From a virus (Duplodnaviria > Caudoviricetes), in IMG/VR virus record IMGVR_UViG_3300049170_000065, positions 1 through 40,488 of that record: a DNA stretch of 40,488 bases; one strand, 5' to 3'. The notes beneath the pieces were generated by a model. The model was given only the letters and a program-made list of their open reading frames with translations, searched no databases and was not told the DNA's origin. Within the stretch, counting starts at the first letter, position 1, and each line of letters begins with the position of its first letter. Below are positions 8,969-18,461 of the stretch, in pieces. A program made the position numbers and the translations under genes.

Positions 8969-9372
8969 CGGGCGCCCCTCGTGGTGAGTCGGCGGGAGTC
9001 GAACTCGGCGCGCTCCTCGTCGGTCGCGCGGCGGGTCACGGTGAGCGTCATCCCGGGCGGAGGCGGCACCTGCACGGTCCCCGTCCGCCCGTCCGCGACG
9101 CGGACCGTGACCATCCCCGGGAGGATCGTGATGACGGTGCCGTGGTGGGTGCCGTGGTAGTCGGTGATGCGGACCTGGTCGGCGATGCCGACGCTCATCT
9201 CCTCAACGCGGGCGACCTCGGCGAGGGGGATGGTGACCATGTCGTCGGTGTCGGTGATGACGCGCATCAGGTCGGGGGTGATGCGCCACATGTGGCCGTG
9301 TACGGCGGGGGCGGCGGTGCGGGTCACGGTGACGGGGCGGCCGATGTGCTCGGCGTAGGGGCGGGCGGTCAT
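8965..9372 (-). CDS. Hypothetical beta-rich protein
   Basis: GGAGG-like RBS, coupled start; Val/Thr-rich. Confidence 0.55.
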   Translation of the reverse strand: MTARPYAEHIGRPVTVTRTAAPAVHGHMWRITPDLMRVITDTDDMVTIPLAEVARVEEMSVGIADQVRITDYHGTHHGTVITILPGMVTVRVADGRTGTVQVPPPPGMTLTVTRRATDEERAEFDSRRLTTRGAR

Positions 9373-9614
9373 CAAGCCACCACCCGGTGTCCGGTGCCGG
9401 ACAGGAGGGCGCGGGCGAGGTCGACCCTGGTGGCGGTGTCGTGGATGTGGACGCCGCAGGTCTCCTGGTCGTCCTCGCGGACGAAGAGGGAGGCGCCGTA
9501 GCGGTTGACGCTGACGGTGACTCGGCCCCCGTCGCCGTCGGCGTCCTCGATACGGCGGTCGAACACGGTGCGGGGGCGGTCGGCGAGGATCTGTTCGGTG
9601 GTGGGTTCGGTCAT
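9372..9614 (-). CDS. Hypothetical phage protein (80 aa)
   Basis: AAGGAG RBS. Confidence 0.6.
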   Translation of the reverse strand: MTEPTTEQILADRPRTVFDRRIEDADGDGGRVTVSVNRYGASLFVREDDQETCGVHIHDTATRVDLARALLSGTGHRVVA

Positions 9615-9689
9615 CGGGTTTCTCCTTGTGCGGGTGGGTGTCGTGCCCGCCCCGGTCTTGCACCGGGGCGCCGACCGGGTCCGGGCGGG

Positions 9690-9917
9690 CTAGTCGATGA
9701 GGGGGGCGGCGTCGAGCAGGGCGTCGCGGGTGGCGACCGCTGCGGCGAGGCGGGCGGTGCGGGACGCGAGGTTGACGGGGCCGGAGGAGCGGGTCAGTTC
9801 GGTGGAGGCGGCGAGGCTGCGGACGTCCTCGGCGGCGTCGGCGACGGCTTTCTCGGCGCGGGCGATGCGGTCCTGGTAGAGGCGGCGGCGGAGTTCGCGG
9901 TCGTCGGCGTCGGACAT
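9690..9917 (-). CDS. Hypothetical helical protein (75 aa)
   Basis: GAAGGAG RBS, MSDADDRELRR... Confidence 0.6.
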   Translation of the reverse strand: MSDADDRELRRRLYQDRIARAEKAVADAAEDVRSLAASTELTRSSGPVNLASRTARLAAAVATRDALLDAAPLID

Positions 9918-9946
9918 GTGGGTCTCCTTCGGGGGTTGGGTTCGGG

Positions 9947-10078
9947 CTAGTCGTCGGCTTCGGCTCCGCAGCGGCGGCATTCGCTGCCGTCGTCCTCGGG
10001 CGGGAAGTCGTGCTCGGGCCAGATGTCGCCGTCAGCGTCGACACAGTCGGTGTCGTCGGGCTCGTAGTCGCGGTCCAT
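9947..10078 (-). CDS. Very acidic 43 aa protein
   Basis: Not in track; MDRDYEPDDTDCVDADGDIWPEHDFPPEDDGSECRRCGAEADD; GAGGAG RBS. Confidence 0.6.
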   Translation of the reverse strand: MDRDYEPDDTDCVDADGDIWPEHDFPPEDDGSECRRCGAEADD

Positions 10079-10096
10079 GGCGGGCTCCTCGGGGGG

Positions 10097-10237
10097 TCAG
10101 GCGTCGGGGCCGACGAGCTCGGTGACCTCGATCGCGAACGGGACGTTCTCGCAGGCGTCGTAGAGGGCGTCGCGGATGTCGTCGGCGGTGAGGTCGTCGT
10201 CGGCCTCGACGCGAATGGTGAGCTGGAAGACCGTCAC
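10097..10237 (-). CDS. Acidic 46 aa protein
   Basis: GAGGAG RBS; first gene after the leftward promoter. Confidence 0.6.
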   Translation of the reverse strand: MTVFQLTIRVEADDDLTADDIRDALYDACENVPFAIEVTELVGPDA

Positions 10238-10269
10238 GGGGTGCTCCTCGGGGTTGTTCCGATGTCCTC

Positions 10270-10354
10270 TGGTGTACGTACACCACCGTAGCCCAGGTGT
10301 ACGTACACCACAAGCCCTTTCGGGGTTGAACTCCGTACGTACACCGCCTACGGT
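10270..10354. promoter_or_regulatory. Divergent promoters with three palindromic operators (GGTGTACGTACACC)
   Basis: Palindromes at 10270-10285 and 10296-10309, partial at 10335-10345; plus strand TTGAAC-17-TACGGT; minus strand TTGTGG-17-TACGGT. Confidence 0.75.
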
Positions 10355-10360
10355 TAGTGC

Positions 10361-10531
10361 ATGCCTGACGCCCCGAAAACCCAGCACCGGTCCGTCCGCG
10401 TGTCCGACGACGACTGGACCGAACTCGGCAAGGTCGCCGCCGAACAGAAGACCGACCGAGGAACCCTCATCAAGGAATTCATCGCGTGGTACCTGCGCCG
10501 CCCCAAGGCGAAGCTGCCGGCGCGCCCCTGA
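10361..10531 (+). CDS. Ribbon-helix-helix (CopG/Arc-like) regulator, probably leaderless
   Basis: Not in track; MPDAPKTQHRSVRVSDDDWTELGKVAAEQKTDRGTLIKEFIAWYLRRP; ATG 6 nt after the -10 box. Confidence 0.8.
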   Translation: MPDAPKTQHRSVRVSDDDWTELGKVAAEQKTDRGTLIKEFIAWYLRRPKAKLPARP

Positions 10532-10653
10532 CCCGCGCCCACCCGTAGCCCGTACCGCGTCGCGGCCGGGCGTCTTCGCGTGCGCTGGGATCAACGGGGC
10601 CTCCTTGGTGGCCCGCCCGGGGCATCGCGCACCCCGGGCGGGAGATAGTGGGG

Positions 10654-11376
10654 TCAGGGGGCGGTCGCGGCGAACGCCTCAGCGAGCACGTCGGCCGGGT
10701 AGAGGTTGAGGCTTCCGAACGTGGCGTCCTGGCGTTTGGCCGGCTCCTCGCCCCGCCTCTTCAGGAGCCGCGTCGCCTTCGCGCCGACCTTGGAGAGGTA
10801 CGCGCGATCCGCAGGGAATCCGTGGAGCTTTGCGTAGCCGAGCGCGGCGAACCAGTCGTGCCGCCCCTCGATCGCGTCCAGGCGGGCATCCACCACGTCC
10901 TGGCGGCCCTCGACCGCGACGATGCGCTGCCGGTTCTCACGGAGCCGGTCGAGCATCCCCTGGAGCAGGTCGAGATCGTCGCCGCCCTTCGCGGGCTCCA
11001 GCTCGGCTTCGCGGGTCTTCACGGCGAAGTAGGTCTGGGCGTTGGCGATCTCCGGCTTCCGCGGGTCGCCGTTCATCGCCCACATGTACGCGCCGTAGCG
11101 GGACAGGTGGAAGTCCTCGACGTCTCGCGTCGCCCCCTTGCCCGCCCGGATCTCATGCACCCCGGGGTCAATATGATCCTGAGCTGCGGTTTCTCCGATC
11201 GTGTTCGAGATGGCCGCTCTCGCTCGGGCGATGCCGTCCCGCACGTGCTCCCACCGGGCGTAACCGAAGTGGACCATCAACTCGCGCGCCGACCAGTACT
11301 CCCGGCCGTCCGCGGCGACCCGTCGGATCGCGTCGAACGGCGACGGGTGCTCGGCTCTCTGGATCTCGTTCTGCAC
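10654..11376 (-). CDS. Phage antirepressor (BRO-N/DinD-like N-terminus)
   Basis: SPFDAIRR...GREYWSARELM..FGYARWE...MNGDPRKPEIANAQTYFAVKTREAE. Confidence 0.82.
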   Translation of the reverse strand: MQNEIQRAEHPSPFDAIRRVAADGREYWSARELMVHFGYARWEHVRDGIARARAAISNTIGETAAQDHIDPGVHEIRAGKGATRDVEDFHLSRYGAYMWAMNGDPRKPEIANAQTYFAVKTREAELEPAKGGDDLDLLQGMLDRLRENRQRIVAVEGRQDVVDARLDAIEGRHDWFAALGYAKLHGFPADRAYLSKVGAKATRLLKRRGEEPAKRQDATFGSLNLYPADVLAEAFAATAP

Positions 11377-11440
11377 GGTGCTCCTTCTTCGTGGTGATGT
11401 GGGGGGTGCGCCCCGCCGGACAGCCCCCGGCGGGGCGCAC

Positions 11441-11965
11441 TCACGCGGCCGGAACCCGGTACCCGCGGCCCACCGGCTCCGGAACCTGCTCCGGGTAGCC
11501 CGCGTTCCGCCACCGCGCGTAGCAGGCCGAGATCAGCACCCCCTCATCCGGGCCGCGTCCGCCCCGCGACCCCTCCTGGCCGCAGTGGGCGCAGACGATC
11601 GGCGGCTGCGGGACGCGCCTCCGCTTCCTGGCCGGCGCCTTCTTGGTTGCGGGCTTCGGCCGGTCGCGGCGGGTGCGCCGGCGCCGCTCCGACACCCGCT
11701 CGTCCTCGTTCAGGCCACCGCGGATGCCGTACCGGTCGTTGGCCTCTATCGCCGAGTCCAGGCAGATGGTGCGGACGGGGCACCAGGAGCAGACCTCCTT
11801 GGCCAGGGCCTCGCGCTTCTCGCGCTCCGGCTGGCGTTCGCCGTCCGGCCCGAAGAACAGCAGCAGGTCGTCGCCCGCGCAGGCCGCTTCGTCCTGCCAC
11901 GCCCATGCGCCGCCTGCGACCCGCAGGGCCTCCCGCTGGTCATCAGCGCGGATCATGCGCGTCAC
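11441..11965 (-). CDS. WhiB-family transcription factor with C-terminal extension
   Basis: WQDEAAC...LFFGPDGE...AKEVCSWCPVRTICL...YGIRGGL. Confidence 0.88.
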   Translation of the reverse strand: MTRMIRADDQREALRVAGGAWAWQDEAACAGDDLLLFFGPDGERQPEREKREALAKEVCSWCPVRTICLDSAIEANDRYGIRGGLNEDERVSERRRRTRRDRPKPATKKAPARKRRRVPQPPIVCAHCGQEGSRGGRGPDEGVLISACYARWRNAGYPEQVPEPVGRGYRVPAA

Positions 11966-12750
11966 GCCGCCACCCCCCGACGGGCCATCTCCTTGGCCTT
12001 GCGGCGGCGCTGGTACTCCTGCGCGCCCGCCACGATCAGCGGCGACCGGTCACCTTTCCTGTGAACCCAGGGACACCGGCCCACCTCGGCATCCGACATC
12101 AGCGACGCGCGGCGCCGCAGCTCGGCATCGAGGAGTTCGTCGGGCAGGTCGATCAGGTCGTCATCCCACGCCAGCGGCGGCAACCAACCGAGGCGTTCGG
12201 CCGCTTTGCGTACCGGCCCACCGGAAGTGGGGACCGTCAGCGACAGCTGGTCGTAGGCACGCCGGATGCGCACCGCCGTGCCCGCCCGCACCCATCGCCG
12301 CCGTCCGTCGCGAATCGCAGACAGCGCTGTGGCAGCAACCCCGGAGGCTTCAGCTACTCCGCTCAGCCCATGCCCCAGGGCGGCCAGTGCGCGCAGTCGA
12401 CGCGTCGATCCGTCGGCAGCCAGATTCCCTGGCGGCATGCCGTTGCCAGTGGCGAGGAGCCGGGCGGCTACGTCTGCCTTCACCCGTCGGTCGGGATTGG
12501 ACGCCAGTCGGCGCAGGATGTCCTCGCTGACGTTCGCCGCTCGCGCGATGCCTGTCTGAGTCCACCCTCGGGACCGCAGGCGCCGGATGTGCTCTCGGAC
12601 CGCGTCGGCATCTCCCCATGGGTGCCACCGCCCGTAGGCCTGCTGTCGGGCCCTGTGGTTGTCGTAGTCGCGGTGGGCCTGGCAGCAGTCGGCGCACCGG
12701 CAGAGGTGGTACTTATATCCGGATCTGGTGCCATGCGGAATCGCACTCAT
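11962..12750 (-). CDS. HTH DNA-binding phage protein with N-terminal Cys motif
   Basis: HGTRSGY..H.CRCADC; two XRE-like HTH segments; GWLPPLAWDDD. Confidence 0.7.
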   Translation of the reverse strand: MSAIPHGTRSGYKYHLCRCADCCQAHRDYDNHRARQQAYGRWHPWGDADAVREHIRRLRSRGWTQTGIARAANVSEDILRRLASNPDRRVKADVAARLLATGNGMPPGNLAADGSTRRLRALAALGHGLSGVAEASGVAATALSAIRDGRRRWVRAGTAVRIRRAYDQLSLTVPTSGGPVRKAAERLGWLPPLAWDDDLIDLPDELLDAELRRRASLMSDAEVGRCPWVHRKGDRSPLIVAGAQEYQRRRKAKEMARRGVAA

Positions 12751-13262
12751 CACGCCACCGCCGCTTCCGGCCACGTGACCTTGTCGAGGCGGGCGATCTG
12801 GGCGGCGGGCAGGTCCACCACCGGGTGCCCGAGGTGCTGCAACCCGGCGGCGCGCAGCCACCAGGCGTCGCACTGGTCGCCGCCCTTGTCGCCCTCGAAC
12901 TCGACACCGGCCCGCTTGAGAGCGGCGATCGCCATCGGGGTTTTGTCGCCGGAACCCTTGCCGGTCGCGAACGCCTTCAACGTGGCGGGGGGAATCAGGG
13001 CGTAGGGGACGAGGTTCTCGGTGAGCAGTGCGCGCACCACGCCGTGGACCATGCCGGTGATCCCGGCGGACTTGGCGTGGGTCGGCAGGTCCTCGATCAC
13101 GGCCAGGTCGCACATCGTGATCGCCTCCGCGACGTGACTGCGGATCTCGGTCAGCCGGGCGTCGCCGGCGCGCTTCGGTCGGACGGTGCGGGTGCTTCCA
13201 TCCGCGTAGGCGATTCCGGTAGAGCACATCGACAGGTCTAGGCCGATGACGTGGGTTTCCAT
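12750..13262 (-). CDS. RuvC-like Holliday junction resolvase
   Basis: IGLDLSMCSTGIA, AVIED, PATLKAFATGKGSGDK, DQCDA. Confidence 0.85.
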   Translation of the reverse strand: METHVIGLDLSMCSTGIAYADGSTRTVRPKRAGDARLTEIRSHVAEAITMCDLAVIEDLPTHAKSAGITGMVHGVVRALLTENLVPYALIPPATLKAFATGKGSGDKTPMAIAALKRAGVEFEGDKGGDQCDAWWLRAAGLQHLGHPVVDLPAAQIARLDKVTWPEAAVA

Positions 13263-13328
13263 GTGGTCCTCCTTGGGAGGTGAGAGGGGGGCGCGCCCCG
13301 GCCCCTGACAGGGCGCGCCCCAGGGGGG

Positions 13329-14813
13329 TCAGGCGGCGAGATCGATTGGGTCCCCGGTCAACGCCTCCACCAGAGACGCCACCAGGTCGCGGGCGGCCGG
13401 CGGGGTCACCGCGTTCCCCGCGAGGCGCACCTTCTCCCGCTTGTTGCCGAGCAGGACGTAGCCGGACGGGAACTCCATGGCCGCCCGGTACTCATCCGGC
13501 GACAGCATCCGGAACCCCAGGTCCTCCACCGACGACACGCGCCCGCCCTCCAGCAGGGCATGCCGGTCGACGGTCGTGACAGTCGGGATCGGCTCACCGG
13601 CCGGTCGCAGCGCGCTCGACCCGTAGTAGGGGGCGATGAGGTTGGGGACGGTGAGCCCGTGGTGGTTCCCGGACGCGCACACGGTGGCGAGGGGGTCGGT
13701 GACGGGCCGGTGGGTGGAACCGCCGCCGCGCAGTTCGACGACGTAGGGCGGGATGGCCACGCCGGTTTCGTTGCGGGCGGTGCAGGTCCGCAGCGGCTCG
13801 GCAGCGGTCCGGGCGCGCTTGCCCTCCCTGCCCTCCACCGGGACCATCAGCGGCGGCACCGCCACGCCCTCGGTTTCGCGGGTGGTGCGCGTGCGCATGG
13901 GGTCGGTGACGGGGTAGGCGGTGTCGTTCCAGGTGCCGCCCGCGGGGACGAGCAAGGCGCGCGCGTAGGCGCGGAAGCCGTCGCGGATGCGCCTCATCGT
14001 CTTCTCCGCCAGCGGCTTGGCCCGCTCCCCGATCCGCACCGCGGGCAGCGACCAGTCGATCGCGTCAGCCGCCGGCCGCACCGAGGGTTCGACCACCTCG
14101 TGGCGGCACTCGGCGCGCGGACACCGCCACAGGTACTGGCTGCGGTACTTGCCGACCGTGCGCGACGGGTTCTTCCACCCCTGGATCGCCCGCACCCGCC
14201 CGTGGACCGAGCAGTCCGCCATGGGGCGGGTCCACTTGTCCAGGTCCGGGGCCCGCTCGCCCCGCCGCCACGCCACCACGTACAGGCGGTCCCGCGACTG
14301 CGGAGCCCCGGGCCCGAGCGCCTGGGCGTGCATGCTGTTCAGCGATACGACCCGGAAGTCGTAGCCCAGCGCGGTCAGCGCCGCCGACCACGCCGGCCAC
14401 AGCACCCACTCCTTGGCGTCGACGACGTTCTCCACGACGATCGCCCGGTAGCGGTGGTGCTCGGCGAACCTGATGACGTCCCACATGGTGGCGCGGGAGC
14501 GGTCGGCGGCCTCGTCGGGCAGCACCTCCCCGAACAAATCGGGAGTGGCGTCGACGTGGCGCTTCTTGCCGTTGGCGATGGAGTGGTTCGTGCAGGACGG
14601 CGACAGCCACGCGATGTCGGTTCGCGGGTAGCGGCGCGGGTCGACCTGGGAGAGGTCGGCGATGTCGTGCCTGGTGTTCGGGTGGTTGGTGTTGTGGGTG
14701 TCGACCGCCAATTGCCAGTGGTTGGCGGCCATCGCGACCGACACGCCGGGAACCTGGACGGCGCCCGTGGAGGACCCGCCGGCCCCGCAGAAGAAATCCG
14801 AAACGGTGATCAC
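13329..14813 (-). CDS. C5-cytosine DNA methyltransferase
   Basis: DFFCGAGG, SPSC, VENV, QSRDRLY, GNAV motifs. Confidence 0.92.
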   Translation of the reverse strand: MITVSDFFCGAGGSSTGAVQVPGVSVAMAANHWQLAVDTHNTNHPNTRHDIADLSQVDPRRYPRTDIAWLSPSCTNHSIANGKKRHVDATPDLFGEVLPDEAADRSRATMWDVIRFAEHHRYRAIVVENVVDAKEWVLWPAWSAALTALGYDFRVVSLNSMHAQALGPGAPQSRDRLYVVAWRRGERAPDLDKWTRPMADCSVHGRVRAIQGWKNPSRTVGKYRSQYLWRCPRAECRHEVVEPSVRPAADAIDWSLPAVRIGERAKPLAEKTMRRIRDGFRAYARALLVPAGGTWNDTAYPVTDPMRTRTTRETEGVAVPPLMVPVEGREGKRARTAAEPLRTCTARNETGVAIPPYVVELRGGGSTHRPVTDPLATVCASGNHHGLTVPNLIAPYYGSSALRPAGEPIPTVTTVDRHALLEGGRVSSVEDLGFRMLSPDEYRAAMEFPSGYVLLGNKREKVRLAGNAVTPPAARDLVASLVEALTGDPIDLAA

Positions 14814-15028
14814 GACGTGCCCTCCGGGTTGTTGATGCGTCGCCGCTGCAGTTGGTCGAGGACCCGGGCGAACCGCGCCTCCAACGCCAACCACTCCTCC
14901 TCGGTGGGCTCCGGCGGGAGCACCCTGGTGCGGGCGGGGATCTCGTCTCCGGGGCAGATCAGCAGGGCGAGCGCCGTCTCCTGCAGGGCCAGCGACCACG
15001 GCCTGTCAGCGAACCCGCGGGCGCTCAC
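14810..15028 (-). CDS. Hypothetical phage protein (72 aa)
   Basis: GTGA overlaps on both sides. Confidence 0.55.
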   Translation of the reverse strand: MSARGFADRPWSLALQETALALLICPGDEIPARTRVLPPEPTEEEWLALEARFARVLDQLQRRRINNPEGTS

Positions 15029-15753
15029 TCCGCACCACCCGGGGCGGCGGCCGGCCAGTCGGCGTCCTCGGCGTCCTGCGGCGGGGCCGCGGCGTCGCGG
15101 TCCACATGCCACGGGTCCTCCGCAGCCGGGGCGTCCGGCACCAGCTCGCGCACCGTCACCCGCGGCACCTGAGCGCTCCCGTCCGGAGCGCCCGAACCGT
15201 CCAGCTCCTCGCTGGTGTGCGGCATAGCGTGCAGCACGTCGGACGCGATCAACCGGCAGATCTCACCCGTGGCCCGATTGACCAGCATGGTCTTCGGCTG
15301 CTTCTTCCACTGCGGATTGCGGTCGACCACCCCGAGGCGCTGGGCGCGCTCCAGAGTCCAGGTCACCTCCTGCCACTCCTGCTCGCCACGGCGGCGGCCC
15401 CGCATCACGCAGTGCTCGTCGTCGGACTCCACGAGCTGCACCTCGTGCCCGCGGCCCTGCACCAGGCCCCGCATCGCGTGCGCCTTCAATCCGGGGGTTC
15501 CCTGGATGATGTCGATGCTGCGCAGCGCCGCCATCGGAGGGAGGCCGAGCTCGTCGCCGGCGAGGATCGCCGCAGTGATGTCGCCGGGCTTGCCCCTCAT
15601 GGAGGCGGGGACGAAGTTCGTCGCGGCGAGCTTGGTGGCGATCTGGTAGGCGCGGTCGGCGGCGAAGGCCCACCGCACCAGCGCGTCCTCCTGCGCCTCG
15701 TCCTGGGCGGTGGCGAGCTCGGTGCGCGGCTCGTCGGGGGTCGCAATCGTCAT
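15025..15753 (-). CDS. RecT-like ssDNA annealing protein
   Basis: FVPASMRGKPGDITAAILAGDELGLPPMAALRSIDIIQG...QWKKQPKTML; adjacent to RecE-like gene. Confidence 0.78.
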   Translation of the reverse strand: MTIATPDEPRTELATAQDEAQEDALVRWAFAADRAYQIATKLAATNFVPASMRGKPGDITAAILAGDELGLPPMAALRSIDIIQGTPGLKAHAMRGLVQGRGHEVQLVESDDEHCVMRGRRRGEQEWQEVTWTLERAQRLGVVDRNPQWKKQPKTMLVNRATGEICRLIASDVLHAMPHTSEELDGSGAPDGSAQVPRVTVRELVPDAPAAEDPWHVDRDAAAPPQDAEDADWPAAAPGGAE

Positions 15754-16649
15754 CAGATGAACTCCTCGTCGTGCTGGCGCTCCGCGTAGGCGGGAAGCGA
15801 AAGAACCTCGATGCCGTCCGAGTAGGAGGGCCACACGCCCGTCCTCTTGCAGTCGGCGTAGATCTCCAGGGCCCGGTTGTTGCGGTCCCGGCCGATACGG
15901 CGCGCCTCGTAGTCGAGCTCCACGACCTGGATCAGGTAGGGCGGCACCTTCGCGACGAACACGAACACGAACGAGGTGTCCGCGTCGCCGATCCCCAGCG
16001 CATGGCACCCGCGGCGGTAGAAGTCGTCCTGCTGGTGTAGCCCGTGCTCGTGGACGGCCTTCTGCAAGTCCCGCGGGGCCACCGACCGGGCCGACTTGAG
16101 GTCGGCGACGATCAGCCGCTTGCGGTCCTTGCCCGCGGTGAAGGCGTGCTCGGGAATCCAGTCGAGCCGCGCCCGGCAGATGACCTTGGTGTCGGGGTCC
16201 TTCCAGAACAGGGACTGCTCGGCGCGCCCGGTTCCGGGCTTGAACACCTGGGAGGCGATCGGGTGGCGTCGGATGGCATCGGCCATCTCCCGTACCTGCT
16301 GGTACTCGCCGGGCAGTAGCGGGGTCTTGCCGGCGGCGTAGGCGGCATCGCGGGCTTCGCGGGCGTCCTTGGTGCGCCAGTCGGGGGCGTCGACGACCTC
16401 GATGCCGGAGCCGACGCCGAGGACTTCCTCGTGGGCGGCGCGGCCGAGGTCGAACGCCTTCTTGTGGGGCTGTTTGTGGTCCTGCTCGTGCTTGAACAGG
16501 GCGGGGCAGGACGGGGCGAGCAGCTTGCGGGCGCCGGAGGACGACAGGGACCCGCCGGGGATGGGGTCGGCGTGGTAGACGCGTTCGGGGACCTGGTCGT
16601 AGACGCCGGGCCCGGTGATGGTGACGGGCCGCTCCTCGGTGACGGTCAT
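15753..16649 (-). CDS. RecE/exonuclease VIII-like PD-(D/E)xK nuclease
   Basis: YHAD...SLSSSGARKL, EQSLFW, RARLDW, ADLKS, HQQDDFY. Confidence 0.85.
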   Translation of the reverse strand: MTVTEERPVTITGPGVYDQVPERVYHADPIPGGSLSSSGARKLLAPSCPALFKHEQDHKQPHKKAFDLGRAAHEEVLGVGSGIEVVDAPDWRTKDAREARDAAYAAGKTPLLPGEYQQVREMADAIRRHPIASQVFKPGTGRAEQSLFWKDPDTKVICRARLDWIPEHAFTAGKDRKRLIVADLKSARSVAPRDLQKAVHEHGLHQQDDFYRRGCHALGIGDADTSFVFVFVAKVPPYLIQVVELDYEARRIGRDRNNRALEIYADCKRTGVWPSYSDGIEVLSLPAYAERQHDEEFI

Positions 16650-17299
16650 CAGAACGGCACCTCCACGTCGCCGCCAGAGACCAGCGGGTAGGACGGGTAG
16701 ACGCCGGTCGTGACCGCGTCATAGAGGTCGCGGACCCATCGGGCGTCGCCGAGTGCGGTGTGGGTGGGGTACCGGCGCAGGTCGACTCCCCAGCGCTCGG
16801 CGACGAGGCGAGAGCTCGGCGGCATTTCGATGGCGTGGGGGTCGTAATCGCCCTCGTGCGCCATGGCGCGCCCGGCGCCGAGCGTGACCACGTCCACGGT
16901 CCGGTAGTGCGCGCACCACGCCTGCCCGTGGCGGCGCAGCCAACGGGACAAGAACGCCTGGTCGAACGCCGGGTTGGAGCCGACCACGATGGCGCCGGCG
17001 AGGAACTCCGCAAGGTCCGCCGCGACGTAGGTGGCGGGCGGCGTCTCGCCCACCATCTCCGGGTCGAAATGACTCGTCACCATCGTGGTGCCGACCTCGT
17101 CACACGGGGTCTCGAAGCGCTCGTAGAACCCGCCGATCTCCAACGCCTTGGGGTCGGCGTGGGTGAGGTCGGGGCGGACCATCCACGAGTACTCGCGGTC
17201 AGTGCCGTGCTCGCGGACGACCGCGGCGATCTCCCACACGTCGTGCAGGTCCGGGTTCAGGCCCGTGGTTTCCGTATCGCAGAAGACGAACTTCGTCAT
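16649..17299 (-). CDS. Second DEDDh 3'-5' exonuclease
   Basis: CDTETTGL, GSNPAFD, HTALGDA. Confidence 0.88.
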   Translation of the reverse strand: MTKFVFCDTETTGLNPDLHDVWEIAAVVREHGTDREYSWMVRPDLTHADPKALEIGGFYERFETPCDEVGTTMVTSHFDPEMVGETPPATYVAADLAEFLAGAIVVGSNPAFDQAFLSRWLRRHGQAWCAHYRTVDVVTLGAGRAMAHEGDYDPHAIEMPPSSRLVAERWGVDLRRYPTHTALGDARWVRDLYDAVTTGVYPSYPLVSGGDVEVPF

Positions 17300-17583
17300 C
17301 GGGAGTCTCCCGTCTCGGGCAGGGCATCGATCTCCGCGATGGCCCCGGCCGGGGTCAGCTCGACCACCTCGGCGGCCATCCGGTCCACCGACTCCTCGTC
17401 GGCGTCGAACCGGCGGCGCGCGCACCGGGCGGTCGCGGCGATCTCGACCAGCAGGGCGCGGACCGAGGCTGCGTGGCCGTCCCCGGCCACCCACTCCCGG
17501 TACTCCTCGGAAACCCGGTCCAGCAGGTCGGACAAGTAGGTCTCGTGATCCACAAAGCTGGACCCGTCCATGAACTCGCTCAT
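17296..17583 (-). CDS. Hypothetical phage protein (95 aa)
   Basis: ATGA-coupled. Confidence 0.6.
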   Translation of the reverse strand: MSEFMDGSSFVDHETYLSDLLDRVSEEYREWVAGDGHAASVRALLVEIAATARCARRRFDADEESVDRMAAEVVELTPAGAIAEIDALPETGDSR

Positions 17584-17807
17584 CGGGCGTGCCTTCCTCG
17601 CGAGTGGTCGGACCGGATGAACCCGGAGTCCTCAGCGGCCTTGATGACGGCGTCCGCGGTGCGCAGATCCCGGACCCGGGCGTCGAGCTGGGCCCGCAGG
17701 TCCTCGGTGCGGCCGAGGTAGTGGGCGCGGGTCAAAGCCCACGCCAGAGCAGGCGGCGAGGTCAGCAGCGCCGCGACCGCGGCGGCCAACAGGGTCGAGT
17801 CACTCAC
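17580..17807 (-). CDS. Small membrane/coiled-coil protein
   Basis: Hydrophobic N-terminus; GTGA overlap. Confidence 0.55.
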   Translation of the reverse strand: MSDSTLLAAAVAALLTSPPALAWALTRAHYLGRTEDLRAQLDARVRDLRTADAVIKAAEDSGFIRSDHSRGRHAR

Positions 17808-18040
17808 CGGGCACCGTCCCGTCCGTGCCGGGCAGTCACGTGATCCCACGCCGCCCGCACCTCCGCGTGCACATCCGTCCACCCGTGGTGCGCCAACTGG
17901 TGGATCGTGCAGTACGACCACGGGCCATCGGCATCCCGACCAACCGTCATGAACGACGGCAGACCCTCAGCGGCCTCGACGTCGGCACCCGCAGGCATCG
18001 GCACCCCGTAAGCGAAACCGGGGAAAGCGGGGGCGGTCAT
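17804..18040 (-). CDS. Hypothetical phage protein (78 aa)
   Basis: ATGA-coupled. Confidence 0.55.
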   Translation of the reverse strand: MTAPAFPGFAYGVPMPAGADVEAAEGLPSFMTVGRDADGPWSYCTIHQLAHHGWTDVHAEVRAAWDHVTARHGRDGAR

Positions 18041-18384
18041 TCGACGTCACCGCCCTCGTCCAGCGTCGCGGTGACGTCGAACATCACCCCATCGGCCTCG
18101 TGGCGGAACCACGCGACGACCAGACCCGAGTCGTAGCGGATGACGGTGGTCCGGCCGCCCGGGACGACCGCAGCCGCGATCCGGTCCGCGACCTGCATCT
18201 TGTTCGCAACGGTGTGGCGCACCGAGATCGCGACGACGGGGCGGACGTTGGTGTGCTCGACGGTGACGCGGGCCTCGTCGGTCACGCCGGCGGCGTCGGT
18301 CACGGACGCGGCGGCGACGAGCAGGCGGGGGACGGTGTGGGTGCGGGGTTTCGTGGTGGTCGGTCGATCGGTCATGATTGTCAT
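18037..18384 (-). CDS. Hypothetical phage protein (115 aa)
   Basis: GAAGGAG RBS. Confidence 0.6.
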   Translation of the reverse strand: MTIMTDRPTTTKPRTHTVPRLLVAAASVTDAAGVTDEARVTVEHTNVRPVVAISVRHTVANKMQVADRIAAAVVPGGRTTVIRYDSGLVVAWFRHEADGVMFDVTATLDEGGDVE

Positions 18385-18461
18385 GGCCCTGACTCCTTCA
18401 CTGGATCACTGGTTGGGGCCTGCGCCCTGCCGGACCCTGAATCCGGTGGGGCGCGCTCATG

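Noticed and set aside
11405-11440. Intergenic GC hairpins in the early region (also about 8280, 9647, 10612, 13286, 18420)
   Set aside because: Unrelated sequences; ordinary terminator or mRNA-stability stems rather than a repeat family
13560-13930. Four repeated P..T.T motifs in the methyltransferase C-terminal half
   Set aside because: Common feature of phage C5 methylases; not a separate element
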